Source of the DNA: Myxococcota bacterium
GTDB lineage: Bacteria > Myxococcota_A > Polyangia > Nannocystales > Nannocystaceae
Assembly (NCBI GenBank): GCA_039194325.1
Contig: JBCCWC010000013.1
Coordinates: forward strand, 32,001-96,000
Length of the DNA stretch: 64,000 bases
Direction of reading: 5' to 3'
Shown here: in pieces, positions 48,555 to 58,879 of the stretch
Numbering within the stretch: position 1 is the first letter of the stretch
Layout: each line of letters opens with the position of its first letter
Position numbers and translations under genes: made by a program
The notes under the pieces: generated by a model
Database searches by the model: none
What the model was told of the DNA's origin: nothing
Seen by the model: the letters and a program-made list of their open reading frames with translations, nothing else

Positions 48555-49331
48555 ATGGCTTCACCCTTCCCTCACATACTCGGACGCTCCCTGCTCGCGG
48601 TTGGCCTGCTCACCACCGCCTGCAGCGACGATGGCCTGGCCGGCGCTAGTGGTTCGGCGAGCGCAGGCTCGACCCGCGGCTCCACCACCGCCCCCGACAT
48701 GGCCAACGAATCCATGGGCGACCCCGAGCAAGGTCCCATGACCAGCAGCGGTCCGGACTCCGGCCCACCCGGAGCCGACACCAGCGGCACCGGCATGTCC
48801 GACGGTACGGGCGGCACCGGCATGTCCGAGGGCACGGGCGCCCCCGCCACCGGTAGCGATACCGGTAGCACCGGCACCGGCACCGGCTCGACCGGCGAGT
48901 CCACCGACACGGGCACCAGCACCGGCGGCCAGGGCAACGTGGTCTACTCGGCCACGGCCATCCCCGGGGGGCTCGACCGCATCCGCATCAACAAGGCCGA
49001 CCTCGACAACGATCGCTGCACGTGGGTGGTCCTGGTCGCGCCGGCGCTCCCGGGCTCCTACCCCGGGCTGGCCACCCCCGCCGGCTGGAGCGTGGAGTCG
49101 GTCTTCATCAACGACGTAGCCGCCGCCTGCAACTCGGACAACCCGGCCATGTTCGGCAGCGAGCCCGCCCTCGACGCCAACGGGACGATCACGTTCGGCA
49201 TGCTCGGCGGCGGCGGGATCTACCCCTGCATGGTGGACATCGACGCGCTCCTCGACTTCCAGGGGGTGCTCCCCATGATTCCTCCCATGGACGACATGAT
49301 CGCCGTGGACATCCCCGTGATGGGGTGCTGA
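48555..49331 (+). CDS. Hypothetical lipoprotein
   Basis: TTAC lipobox, Ser/Thr/Gly linker, small Cys-containing C-domain. Confidence 0.7.
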   Translation: MASPFPHILGRSLLAVGLLTTACSDDGLAGASGSASAGSTRGSTTAPDMANESMGDPEQGPMTSSGPDSGPPGADTSGTGMSDGTGGTGMSEGTGAPATGSDTGSTGTGTGSTGESTDTGTSTGGQGNVVYSATAIPGGLDRIRINKADLDNDRCTWVVLVAPALPGSYPGLATPAGWSVESVFINDVAAACNSDNPAMFGSEPALDANGTITFGMLGGGGIYPCMVDIDALLDFQGVLPMIPPMDDMIAVDIPVMGC

Positions 49332-49563
49332 CGGCATCGGCGCTCCACCGCCGGGCTCGTCGAACACATCTCGTGACCAGGTACGTGGTCACGCGCTGAT
49401 GTAGGAGAGCCTCGCCTCGCGCTAATTCCCTGCTGTGGTCGCTGCTGCGTGGGTTCCGGGCCTGCCCGGGCGCCGCGAGAGCAGGCGATCGCTCCAACGA
49501 TCACCCGACGCTCTGCCTGGAGTGATTGCCCGAGCCACCAACCGGGGTCACGTTGAGAGTCCT

Positions 49564-50505
49564 ATGGCTTACCTGCGACGCTTCGCTCTGTGCACGTTGA
49601 TCCTCGGCTCCGCCTGTGGAAGCGATGACCCAGGCCAGAGCGCCCTGCCGCCCTCCGACACCGAGGGCACGTCGACCGGCGAAGACCCGAGCAGCTCGGA
49701 CACGACGGACCCCGACTCCACCTCGGCTGGCGAGGAGGCTTGGGCGGAGATCTGCGACGGCTCGGACCAGATGCGCCTGGCCATGGTCCTAAGGGACGGC
49801 GGCGTGGTCGACAACGAGATCGTCCGCGAGATCGGCTCCGCCTATCTCTACGTGCGAGGCACCTGCGAGTACTGGGTGCTCCCCGCGATCGACGGCGTGC
49901 TGTGGCCCGACGCTCGCACCGGGGTGCTCGACCCGTCAGCCGAGGAGGAGCTGTCGCGGGTCCTCAGCTACGACCGCCTGGACGAGATCGCGGGCACCTG
50001 GGGCGCCGACGAGGATGACGGCGCCACGCTGCTCGTGTCCGACGGTACGTCCACGGTGTCCTGCTATGCAGGCTGCGAGCTGGGCCCCGTGGCGGCCCGA
50101 GTCATGTGGGGGCAGCTCGATCGCCTCGAGCCCCTGTGGGACAACAGCGAGCCCTACGCTGGCCCGCTGCGGATCTCAGTGGTGGGCTGGGCCAACTCGG
50201 TTATCGACGAGCTCGGCGTGCCCTGGCCGCTAGAGCGAGATCCCTGGTCGATCGCGATCGATGGCGACACCGAGCCAGGCTCGGAGACCCCGAGCCTGTT
50301 GATCGACGACCCCGACGAGGTGGCCGCCCTGCGGGAGCTACGACGACAGTATCGAGAGGACGACCTACCCGAAGGGATCCCCAACGCGCTACAGGCCTAC
50401 GGCCACCTGAGCTTCACCAGCGAAGACGGGCAGGATCTGTTCCAGCTGTGGATCCGCGACGCCCTGCCGCTGGAAGATGAAGACGGCGCGATTGTGCTGC
50501 CCTAG
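49564..50505 (+). CDS. Hypothetical lipoprotein
   Basis: GSAC lipobox, acidic globular domain, GC3-biased codons. Confidence 0.7.
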   Translation: MAYLRRFALCTLILGSACGSDDPGQSALPPSDTEGTSTGEDPSSSDTTDPDSTSAGEEAWAEICDGSDQMRLAMVLRDGGVVDNEIVREIGSAYLYVRGTCEYWVLPAIDGVLWPDARTGVLDPSAEEELSRVLSYDRLDEIAGTWGADEDDGATLLVSDGTSTVSCYAGCELGPVAARVMWGQLDRLEPLWDNSEPYAGPLRISVVGWANSVIDELGVPWPLERDPWSIAIDGDTEPGSETPSLLIDDPDEVAALRELRRQYREDDLPEGIPNALQAYGHLSFTSEDGQDLFQLWIRDALPLEDEDGAIVLP

Positions 50506-50567
50506 ACCGCCCTAGCGAGGCGGCGGGGATCGACCCGCCGCCGCCCGCGAGCCGCGGCGAACCTCTA

Positions 50568-51134
50568 CTAGAAGTAGTACCGAGCCTTGAACGAGAAGTC
50601 CCCGTGGGGCAGATCGGGATAGATGATGTAGGGCGCCCAGGAGAACTCCGTCACCGTGTCGATCGGCACCTTCTTCCAGTGGATCCCGAGCCCGAGGATC
50701 GGGGCGCGGATGAACATGGCCGCGCCACCCCCTCGATAGCGCCGATACTGATCGTGGTAGCGGCCATGGTAGTAGCTGCCCCAGAACATGATGCCCAGGC
50801 CAAACCCGAAGTACGGCACCAGATCGAGGGTGCTGTTGTTGACGAAGGTCCCGGGGTGAAACAGGTAGTCGGCGCCAAAGCGACCGTGACCGTGGTGGAG
50901 CGGCGCCCAGCCCAGATCGCTCTGCAGCGCGTGCTTGGGCGCCATGAACCACTTGAAGGACATCCCCAGGGGGTCGCCCACGCTCAGGCCCAAGCCGACG
51001 TTGCCCCCTCGACCGCGGATCTGACCGCCCGGGGTCGGAGCCGCCTCGGCGTTGGTGGGCAATAGAGTGCTGCCCAGTCCCAAGGCCAGCGCAAACGCCA
51101 GACCGAACCGCTTTCGCTGCATCGTCGCTCTCAT
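50568..51134 (-). CDS. Small outer-membrane beta-barrel protein
   Basis: Signal peptide ending AEA, GLGLSVGDPLGMSFKW, alternating strands, C-terminal RYYF; GGAGG RBS. Confidence 0.75.
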   Translation of the reverse strand: MRATMQRKRFGLAFALALGLGSTLLPTNAEAAPTPGGQIRGRGGNVGLGLSVGDPLGMSFKWFMAPKHALQSDLGWAPLHHGHGRFGADYLFHPGTFVNNSTLDLVPYFGFGLGIMFWGSYYHGRYHDQYRRYRGGGAAMFIRAPILGLGIHWKKVPIDTVTEFSWAPYIIYPDLPHGDFSFKARYYF

Positions 51135-51283
51135 ATCCGCCTCCCCACGCGCGGGCGCCCATCGACGCCGGGATCGTCGTGACGTTCGTCGGGTACCTTC
51201 GATGCACATCGAACGGGAAGATCGCGAATGGCTCGAAGAGATGTTCGGTCGACAACCGAGGCGCAGCACGCCGGCGATTGTAG

Positions 51284-51922
51284 TCAAAAAGCAGCGCAAA
51301 GCTCGATCCGCCAGGATCCGGGGCGATCGGGCTCGCCCGACGAAACAGTTTCGACGGTGGGCTGCCCCACATCGATCGCACGAGCGAGGCGCAGCGCCGA
51401 GGCCAGAGGGTGCTCTGCCCTCGGTGCACGCTCCGAGTAGGAGGACGTACGACGAAGTACGGGCGGACCAAGAACGAGCGGAGCATCGGCTCGAGACTCG
51501 CGGGTCAACAACCACGCAGCGGCCAGCGCCTCATGGTAGGGCGGAGTCGCATCCGCGACGAAGGCCACCAGCACCGCCGGGTGGTCGACGAGGTGGGCCA
51601 ATGCCTCGATGAGGGTCATGGGCACGGTTGCGGCCCCGGCATCGACGCGCACGAGGCCGCGTTCGGGCGCGAGGATCCGGCGGAGCACGGATCCGGGGAC
51701 CAGTGCAGGGACCGACCCTTCCCCAACCCCCAACACCCACGGCACCGAGGACAGCGGCTCCGGGGAGCCAGCGACGACCCGGCCGAGCACATGCGCGAGG
51801 ATCCGGGTCGAGAAGCTCACGCCCCTCCGATCGGCGCGAGGCAAGAGCTCGACGTTCGGAGGCCCCGAGTCGGCGTCCCACGCGGCCGCGATCGTGGCCG
51901 CTCCCCGAGGTGGCGCGGTCAT
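51284..51922 (-). CDS. Beta-ketoacyl synthase chain-length-factor-like protein (degenerate)
   Basis: ELLPRADRRGVSFSTRI, MTLIEA..VLVAFVAD..AAAWLL resemble ApeC-type CLFs; ATGA overlap with the KS-like gene. Confidence 0.5.
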   Translation of the reverse strand: MTAPPRGAATIAAAWDADSGPPNVELLPRADRRGVSFSTRILAHVLGRVVAGSPEPLSSVPWVLGVGEGSVPALVPGSVLRRILAPERGLVRVDAGAATVPMTLIEALAHLVDHPAVLVAFVADATPPYHEALAAAWLLTRESRADAPLVLGPPVLRRTSSYSERAPRAEHPLASALRLARAIDVGQPTVETVSSGEPDRPGSWRIELCAAF

Positions 51923-52782
51923 GGGCGAGCTCCGAGTAGCAGGGCCACGTGGTGCCCGCCGGTAGACGAGGTGTGCACCAGCACTCGATCGTGCTCGAGC
52001 TCGCGGGGCGGCGTACCGGGCATGAACCCTCGGCTCACAGAGGCCGCGGCCAGGACGACATCGATCGCGTGATCGCCTGGTGCCTGCGCCGAGGTCGAAA
52101 CACAGGTGGAGATCCAAGGGACCGAGTCGGGCAGGACCGAGCGGGCGTGCCCAACGTTGGAGCCTGCCTCAGAACCTGCCTCGAAGCCAGCGTCGGCAAC
52201 CGCCTTGGGGCTCGCGGCCTGCGTATGCACATACGCCAGCGGGGGTCGCCCGGCTGCCGACCAAACCGATGACACCACGCGCTGGACCACCGCCGGATCC
52301 GGGTGGGGCTCGTCGGCGGCACCGGTGACCTCGGCGCTCGCCCACAGCTCGACGAAGGCATCGCCATGACGTTCCAGCATCAGCAACGCGCCGCGACCGT
52401 CGTCGACCGCACCCGCGAGCACGGCGTCGACCAGCGACGCCCGCAACAGCCGATCGGCCGAGGCCAGCACCTTGGCCCCGTTGGCCTCGACCAAGTGGTA
52501 GAGCGGGCCGGCAACCGCCGTGTGCTCTCGTACGGCGCTGAGGATCGGCGAGCCGGACCCGGCCACCACGCACGCCACCCGTGACGCACCCCAGCGCGAG
52601 CACGCGTGGGCACAGCGGTCGTCGAGCTCCTCGAGGAGATCGACGGCGATCGCCATCGCGGGCCGAGGCGAATGGCGCTCCTCGGCGGCCACCGGGGGCT
52701 GGCGCAGACGATCGAGCACGGTGTCGGCGTCATCTCCCCATGGATGGCGCAGTGCCCACGCCGTGAGGGGAAGGCCCGCCAT
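51919..52782 (-). CDS. Truncated beta-ketoacyl-ACP synthase-like protein lacking the catalytic Cys motif
   Basis: GASRVACVV, GPLY..AKVLASADRLLRASLVDAVLAGAVD, C-terminal SSTGGHHVALLLG. Confidence 0.55.
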   Translation of the reverse strand: MAGLPLTAWALRHPWGDDADTVLDRLRQPPVAAEERHSPRPAMAIAVDLLEELDDRCAHACSRWGASRVACVVAGSGSPILSAVREHTAVAGPLYHLVEANGAKVLASADRLLRASLVDAVLAGAVDDGRGALLMLERHGDAFVELWASAEVTGAADEPHPDPAVVQRVVSSVWSAAGRPPLAYVHTQAASPKAVADAGFEAGSEAGSNVGHARSVLPDSVPWISTCVSTSAQAPGDHAIDVVLAAASVSRGFMPGTPPRELEHDRVLVHTSSTGGHHVALLLGARP

Positions 52783-52815
52783 GCGCTCGACTCGGGGTCG
52801 GGCGACCGCAGCCGA

Positions 52816-53715
52816 CTAGCGGCCGCTCCGCTTGGTGCTCTTGCGCGTGGCCTTCTTCTTTCCGGGCGTCTTCTTGGCCGCGGCTCTTTTCGATGTCTTC
52901 TTGGCGGGTGCCTTCTTCGCGGCGGCCTTTTTTGCCGTCTTCTTGGCCGGTGCCTTCTTCGTGGCCGCCTTCTTCGCTGTCTTCTTGGCAGTTGACTTCT
53001 TCGCGGCGGCCTTTTTTGCCGTCTTCTTGGCCGGTGCCTTCTTCGTGGTGGCCTTCTTCGTGGTGGCCTTCTTCGCGGTGGCCTTTTTCGCCGTCTTCTT
53101 GGCCGCTTTCTTCTTGGCTACGGCTTTCTTGGTCGTCCGCATCTCGGCCTCTGGCTCCCCCTGAACGAACTCGTCCTCCTGCGAGGCAGCGCCGAGACCT
53201 TCCGAACGTGCCTCCGACGAAGCCTCGACCGCCTCGACCGCCTGGTCATCGTCCCCGTCCAGATCGTCGGCGTCAGCCTCCCCCCCATCGGCGGCCGCCT
53301 CCATCTCGGGCTCGTCCTCTTCCGGCTCGGCCTCTTCCGGCTCGTCCTCCTCCGGCAGCTCCACCTCCCACAGGCCGAGCTGAGTCCCGCCGGGATCCTG
53401 CACGATCGCGAGCGCCCCAAACCCAGGAACGGGCGTGTACTCGACGACGACCTCCCCCCCCGCCTCGCGAACCCGTTCCAGCATCGCCTTGACGTCCTCG
53501 ACCCCCACGTAGGGCACCCACTGCGCGGGCGCGGCGGGCATGGCGTTGGGCTGGAGGCCACCAGCGGGGCCCGAGGGGGTCTGGATCCGGGTGTAACGCC
53601 CCCCCTCGCCCATATCCACGTCCTCGAAGGTCCAGTCGAACAACGCGTCGTAGAACCGACGAACCTCGGCGGGGGCGGATGTGTTGAGCTCGAAGTGAAC
53701 GAAGGCGTGATGCAT
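52816..53715 (-). CDS. VOC/glyoxalase domain protein with acidic linker and histone-H1-like Lys/Ala tail
   Basis: FVHFEL..FYDALFDW, WVPYVGVEDV, DPGGTQLGLW; repeated KKA(T/A/P)(A/T) tail. Confidence 0.88.
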   Translation of the reverse strand: MHHAFVHFELNTSAPAEVRRFYDALFDWTFEDVDMGEGGRYTRIQTPSGPAGGLQPNAMPAAPAQWVPYVGVEDVKAMLERVREAGGEVVVEYTPVPGFGALAIVQDPGGTQLGLWEVELPEEDEPEEAEPEEDEPEMEAAADGGEADADDLDGDDDQAVEAVEASSEARSEGLGAASQEDEFVQGEPEAEMRTTKKAVAKKKAAKKTAKKATAKKATTKKATTKKAPAKKTAKKAAAKKSTAKKTAKKAATKKAPAKKTAKKAAAKKAPAKKTSKRAAAKKTPGKKKATRKSTKRSGR

Positions 53716-53849
53716 CGAGGAGGCTCCAGGGGTCAGCCGCCCGTTATTACTACGCGGCGACGCGAAGCATCAACGTACCCCGCGCTGCAAGAGCAAGGAC
53801 GACCCACGACGCGGTGCGATCCACATCGCGGGCTGCTACGGTGGGTTTG

Positions 53850-55481
53850 ATGGGGCACGGGAGGATCATGCTCACCCTGAGCATCACCGCCACTGCGGTA
53901 TGCAACCCCGCACCGCTGCCCCCCGACTTCGGCGACGATCCCCTGTGGGCCCCGATCGATCTCGACGGGGCACCCGACCGAGGCGAGCGGTCGGGGTCGA
54001 TCCCCCCCGACGAGCAGATCCCCGCTGGCCCCATCGTGTTGGCCGACGTGACCGAAGCAGCCGGGCTAGGCGCGGTGACCTCGGGCGGCAATACCCACGG
54101 GGTCGGCGTAGCCTTCGTCGACCTCGACGGCGACGACTGGGCCGACATCGTGGTGATCAGCGGCCGCAGCAACGTGACCAGCGAGTGGTTCCCCTCTCGG
54201 CTGCTGCGCAACCGGGGCGACGGGACCTTCGAGGACACCACCAACGCCTCCGGCCTGGCCGCCGCGCTCGCCGATCGCGACGGCTACTCGGTGGCCGCGG
54301 GCGACCTCGACGGCGACGGGGCGATCGATCTCTACGTGGGTGCCCAGCCCACCGATGTGCTGCTCCGGGGCCGAGGGGACGGCACCTTCGAGGATGCTAC
54401 CGCCGCGACGGGGGCCGGCGGGCCGGCCTCGGAGGCCAACCTGGTGGGCGACGGTCGCAGCAAGGTGGTCTCGCTGGGCGACTTCGACGACGACGGAGAT
54501 CTCGACATCGTCTCCGCCTCGAGCACCCTGCCGATCCCCGGCGCGTACCTGCTGCGCAACGACGGAGCGGCCGGGTTCACCGACGTGACCGAACCCAGCG
54601 GGGTCACGATCCACCCCCAGGGCAACCCCTGCGCGGTGCTGTGGAGCGACTACGACAACGACGGCGATCGCGATCTGTGGATCTGGAACGATCGCGGCGG
54701 CAAGGTGCTGCTGCGCAACGAGGGCGGCCAGCTGCGCGACGTGACCGCGGCCGCGGGCTTGGGGGCGGTGACGATCCGCAACCCCATGGGCATCGACGCG
54801 GCCGACATCGATCACGACGGCGACCTCGACTACTACGTGTCCAACATCGGCAACAACCCCCTGCTGCGCAACAACGGCGACGGAACCTTCGTAGACATCA
54901 CCCGGATCGCCGGTACCGGCGGGCAGTATGGCTGGGGCCTGGGCTTCGAAGACTTCGACGCGGATGGCTGGCCCGATCTGTTCGTGGCCCAGGAAGACGA
55001 CCGCCCCGAGCTGGTGTTCCACCACCTCGGCCTCGACTCCCCGGGGTTCGAGGCGATCGAGATCCCCCACCCGCCCGTGCTCGACGACCGGGCCGCGCAC
55101 AACGTGGCCGTCGCCTTCGCCGACTACGATCACGACGGGCGCACCGACGTGCTCACCGCCCGCACGGATGGCTCGCGGATCACGCTCTACCGCAACGAGA
55201 CCGACCTGGGCAGCCACGGCACGCTCGATGTGGTGCTCGCGCCTCCGCCCGAGGACGAGCCGTCGGGCGCGGTCGGGGCCCGGGTGGCGGTGGCCACCGG
55301 CGAGCAGCTCCAGTTCCTCGACATCCACGGGGGCAGCAGCCGCGCCTCCCAGACCGAGCTGAGCGCCCGCTTTGGCCTGGGACAGTTTCGCGGAGCCGAC
55401 TGGGTGGCCGTGCTGTGGCCCAGCGGGCGCCAGGCGGTGGTGCGCAACGTGGGCGCGGGGCAGCGCCTGCGCTTGCCATAG
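53850..55481 (+). CDS. CRTAC1/ASPIC-UnbV family FG-GAP repeat protein
   Basis: Repeated DxDGDGxxD motifs, LRNRGDGTF, C-terminal GARV..FGLG..WPSG. Confidence 0.9.
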   Translation: MGHGRIMLTLSITATAVCNPAPLPPDFGDDPLWAPIDLDGAPDRGERSGSIPPDEQIPAGPIVLADVTEAAGLGAVTSGGNTHGVGVAFVDLDGDDWADIVVISGRSNVTSEWFPSRLLRNRGDGTFEDTTNASGLAAALADRDGYSVAAGDLDGDGAIDLYVGAQPTDVLLRGRGDGTFEDATAATGAGGPASEANLVGDGRSKVVSLGDFDDDGDLDIVSASSTLPIPGAYLLRNDGAAGFTDVTEPSGVTIHPQGNPCAVLWSDYDNDGDRDLWIWNDRGGKVLLRNEGGQLRDVTAAAGLGAVTIRNPMGIDAADIDHDGDLDYYVSNIGNNPLLRNNGDGTFVDITRIAGTGGQYGWGLGFEDFDADGWPDLFVAQEDDRPELVFHHLGLDSPGFEAIEIPHPPVLDDRAAHNVAVAFADYDHDGRTDVLTARTDGSRITLYRNETDLGSHGTLDVVLAPPPEDEPSGAVGARVAVATGEQLQFLDIHGGSSRASQTELSARFGLGQFRGADWVAVLWPSGRQAVVRNVGAGQRLRLP

Positions 55482-55548
55482 ATCTGCGGCCCGCGCGATG
55501 AGGCGAATCTCCAGCACACGCACGCGGGTCGAAGCCGGGCAACGTCCG

Positions 55549-56901
55549 ATGGCGCGCCTCCCGACCCAGCTCCAGCCTCGACCCCAAGCGCCCCGGGTCC
55601 TCGGAGGCGCGCTGGGCCGGCGGCTGAGCACGCTGGTGCTCCGCGACGCGCTCCAGACCTACGGCGTGGGCATGAGCCTGGCCCTGCTGCCGCTGGTCTA
55701 CCTCTACCGCGAGTGGCCGCCGTGGGAGATCCGCGACGCGCTCCACGGGCTGCCGCCATCCTCGCGGGCACTGCTGATGGCGGCAGCCCACGCCTTGTAT
55801 GGGGTGGCCACCGCGCCCGTCGTGCGACAGCTGCTCGCCTCGGAGCGGCTGCGCTGGTGGTGGGCGCTCCCGCTGTCCGCCCGATGGTGGCGAGCCCTGC
55901 ACCTGCGTCACCTGGTGCTCCTCGACGCCCCGTGGCTGCTCGCGATCGCCTACGGGGTGCTCCCGCTGGCCGCCACCGCGGGCCCCGTCCACACGATCGC
56001 CAGCGGCCTGGCGTTCGCCATGCTCACGCTCTTCGGCCAGATCGCCATGGTCTCGGTGTCCGATCGCCCCCCGAGGTGGGCCCTGCTCGGGCTGCTGACG
56101 TGGGCTCTTGCCGTCGCGGCAGCCGTGCTCGTCCCGGGGCTCGTGGGAGCGGGGCTCGGCGCGCTCTTGCTGGCGGTGATGGTCCGCCGCTTGGGCCAAC
56201 CAATGCCGGAGGTCGGGGCCCGGGTGCGCGGCCGAACGGGTGGCCCCCCGGTGGTGGCCCTCGCCCGGCTCGGGTGGCTGGCCGCTCGTCGACACGACGG
56301 GATGGCGTTGGTTTGGGGCGCAGCGACCCAGCTCGCCGCGATCACCCTGGCGGGCCTGGCGATCGCACACGTGGGTCACGAAGATCCCGAGGCGGCCGCT
56401 GCCCTGCGCCGAGGCTTGGCCGTGGTGTGTGCCACCATAGGCGCGGCGCTCGTCTTGCGAGCGGTCCGCATCCTGCACGGCGATCGCCCTGTGCTCGACA
56501 CCTGGGGGATCGAGGCACACCACGAGCGGTCGGCCCGACTGCTGCTCGCCGCGGTCGGGGGGCTACCCGCCCTGTTCGTGGGCTCGATCGCCCTCGCCGG
56601 GCTCGGACCGGTCGGGCAAACCTGGCCGCTGGACCTGCTGCTAGCCACCGCGTGGGCGGCGACCCATACGGTCCGCCTGACCTTCTCATTGGACGCCCGT
56701 CGGCGCCTACACGAACCCCAGTTGCTCCGACAGCTGCTGTGGATGGCCGCCGCCTTGATACTTACCGAGGTCGCTGGGACCCCGCTGGCGCTGCTGCCCT
56801 GGGCCGCCTTCGAGGCCTGGCGCATGCCCGCCACCCAGCGTCGGGCCGATCACGCCCGCCGGCGCTTCGAAGCCGCCGTACGCGACGATCATCGGAGCTG
56901 A
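55549..56901 (+). CDS. Multi-pass membrane protein, probable ABC exporter permease
   Basis: Many hydrophobic segments; directly upstream of an ABC ATPase. Confidence 0.65.
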   Translation: MARLPTQLQPRPQAPRVLGGALGRRLSTLVLRDALQTYGVGMSLALLPLVYLYREWPPWEIRDALHGLPPSSRALLMAAAHALYGVATAPVVRQLLASERLRWWWALPLSARWWRALHLRHLVLLDAPWLLAIAYGVLPLAATAGPVHTIASGLAFAMLTLFGQIAMVSVSDRPPRWALLGLLTWALAVAAAVLVPGLVGAGLGALLLAVMVRRLGQPMPEVGARVRGRTGGPPVVALARLGWLAARRHDGMALVWGAATQLAAITLAGLAIAHVGHEDPEAAAALRRGLAVVCATIGAALVLRAVRILHGDRPVLDTWGIEAHHERSARLLLAAVGGLPALFVGSIALAGLGPVGQTWPLDLLLATAWAATHTVRLTFSLDARRRLHEPQLLRQLLWMAAALILTEVAGTPLALLPWAAFEAWRMPATQRRADHARRRFEAAVRDDHRS

Positions 56902-56905
56902 TCCC

Positions 56906-57538
56906 ATGACCCTCGTGCAGACCCATGACCTGGCCGTCCGCCGCGGAGGCGTCACGATCCTCGACCACGTCTCGCTTCACCTGAGCCCGGGCCTTTACGC
57001 ATTGGCCGGAGCCAACGGCGCGGGCAAGTCCACCTTGCTACGGGCGCTGGCGGGCGTGCTGCCCGTGGCCGCCGGTACGATCGCGATCGACGGGCACGAT
57101 CTTTGGCGCGAGCCCGTAGCCGCGCGCCGACGGCTGGGCTACCTGCCCGAGAGCCCCGAGCTGTTTCCCTACCTCACCGCTCGCGAGCTGCTGCGCACCG
57201 CCAACGCGGTCCGCGGCGTGGATCCTCGGGCCGGAGAGGAACGCTTCGCCCGCTGGGTTCGCCCCGCCGCCCTCGATCTGCGGATCGGCACGCTCTCGGC
57301 GGGACAGCGGCGCAAGCTGGCGCTGGTGGCCGCAATCAGCCACGAGCCTCCGGTGCTGCTGCTGGACGAGCCGGCCAACACCCTCGACGCCGCGGCCCTG
57401 ACCGACCTACGCGCACTCTTGACGACCTGGCGGGACGAGGGACGCGCGGTGGTGGTCGCCACCCACCGGCCCGAGGCGCTCGGGCTGCCCCTCGACGGCC
57501 GCCTGGTCGTTCACGAGCGTCGCGTCCGCGTCTCGTGA
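56906..57538 (+). CDS. ABC transporter ATP-binding protein
   Basis: GANGAGKST, LSAGQRRK, LLLDEP, ATH. Confidence 0.93.
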   Translation: MTLVQTHDLAVRRGGVTILDHVSLHLSPGLYALAGANGAGKSTLLRALAGVLPVAAGTIAIDGHDLWREPVAARRRLGYLPESPELFPYLTARELLRTANAVRGVDPRAGEERFARWVRPAALDLRIGTLSAGQRRKLALVAAISHEPPVLLLDEPANTLDAAALTDLRALLTTWRDEGRAVVVATHRPEALGLPLDGRLVVHERRVRVS

Positions 57539-57575
57539 CCATGAGTCTCGTGACCATGAGTCTCGTGACCATGAG
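57531..57575 (+). repeat. 15-bp tandem repeat x3 (tctcgtgaccatgag)
   Basis: Read directly, spanning the ABC ATPase stop codon. Confidence 0.9.
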
Positions 57576-57667
57576 CGGATCGGGCGTGCGCAAGCTCCCG
57601 GCCCGCTCCGGTCCGTAGCGCGACCACGGGAGGCAAAGCCGCCGCGGGCGATCTATGGTCGGGCCCG

Positions 57668-58879
57668 ATGCGTGTCGCCTATCTGACCAACGCCTATCCC
57701 TCGGTCAGCCATACCTTCATCCGGCGCGAGCTGGTCGAGCTGGAGAACCAGGTGGGAGACGTCGCCCGCTTCTCGATCCGCGGCTCGCCCTACAAGATCG
57801 TCGACCCCGACGACCAACGCGAGAACGGCAAGACCTTCCACGTGCTCCAGCAGCCGGTGGCTCGCTGGGCCCGCGCCGGCCTCGACGCCATCCGGAACCC
57901 GGGTCGTACCCTGGCGGGGATGCGCAAGGCGCTCGACCTGGGTCGCAAGAGCTACCGCGGCCTGTCCCGTCACGCGATGTACTTCGCCGAAGCCCTGGTG
58001 TTGCTCGAGGAGATGCAGCGCCAGGGGATCGATCACGTGCACGTGCACTTCGGCACCAACCCCACCGCGGTCGCCTCGATCCTTCGCGCGATGGGAGGCC
58101 CCAGCTACTCCTTTACCGTGCACGGCCCCGACGAGCTCGACGCCCCCGAGGGCCACAAGCTCGGCCCCAAGATCGAGGACTCGGCCTTCGTGGTCGCAAT
58201 CACCGACTTCTGCGCGGGCCAGCTGCGGCGCTGGGTGGGCCACGATCACTGGGAGAAGATCCGCGTGGTGCACTGCACGGTGGGCGACGAGTTCTTCGAC
58301 CAAGCGCGCCCGATCGATCCCACCTCCAAGCAGCTGGTCGCCGTGGGGCGGCTCTCGGCGCAAAAGGGGCAGATCCTGCTGGTCGAGGCCTTCGCCGACG
58401 CGGTGAAGGAGGGCCTCGACGCCAACCTCGTGCTCGCCGGTGACGGCGACATGCGGCCGCAGATCGAGCAGCTCGCGCGCGAGCGAGGGATCGAGGACCG
58501 CCTGCGGATCACGGGGTGGATCAGCGGCGAGCAGGTGCGCGAGGAGATCCTCGCCTCGCGCGCGATGGTGCTGCCCAGCTTCGCGGAGGGCCTACCCATG
58601 GTCATCATGGAGGCCTTCGCCCTCCAGCGTCCCGTGCTCACCACCTACATCGCGGGCATTCCCGAGCTGGTGGTCGACGGTGAGAATGGTTTCTTGATCC
58701 CCTCGGGCTCGCCCGCCCGGATCACCGAGGCCCTCCATCGGGTCATGCGCGTCCCGATCGAGACGCTCGACCAGATGGGCCGCAAGGGGCAAGAGGCGGT
58801 CAAGCGCCAGCACTACACGCCGGTGGAGACCGCCAAGCTCGCCGAGCACATCCGCACCACGCTCGGCAACTTGCGCTGA
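57668..58879 (+). CDS. GT4 family glycosyltransferase (WcaL-like)
   Basis: YPSVSHTFIRRE, HVHVHFG, VGRLSAQKG, PSFAEGLPMVIMEA. Confidence 0.92.
   Translation: MRVAYLTNAYPSVSHTFIRRELVELENQVGDVARFSIRGSPYKIVDPDDQRENGKTFHVLQQPVARWARAGLDAIRNPGRTLAGMRKALDLGRKSYRGLSRHAMYFAEALVLLEEMQRQGIDHVHVHFGTNPTAVASILRAMGGPSYSFTVHGPDELDAPEGHKLGPKIEDSAFVVAITDFCAGQLRRWVGHDHWEKIRVVHCTVGDEFFDQARPIDPTSKQLVAVGRLSAQKGQILLVEAFADAVKEGLDANLVLAGDGDMRPQIEQLARERGIEDRLRITGWISGEQVREEILASRAMVLPSFAEGLPMVIMEAFALQRPVLTTYIAGIPELVVDGENGFLIPSGSPARITEALHRVMRVPIETLDQMGRKGQEAVKRQHYTPVETAKLAEHIRTTLGNLR

Noticed and set aside
55549..57538. ABC transporter as exporter for the RiPP cluster
   Set aside because: More than 40 kb away and linked to an FG-GAP gene; no evidence of a connection
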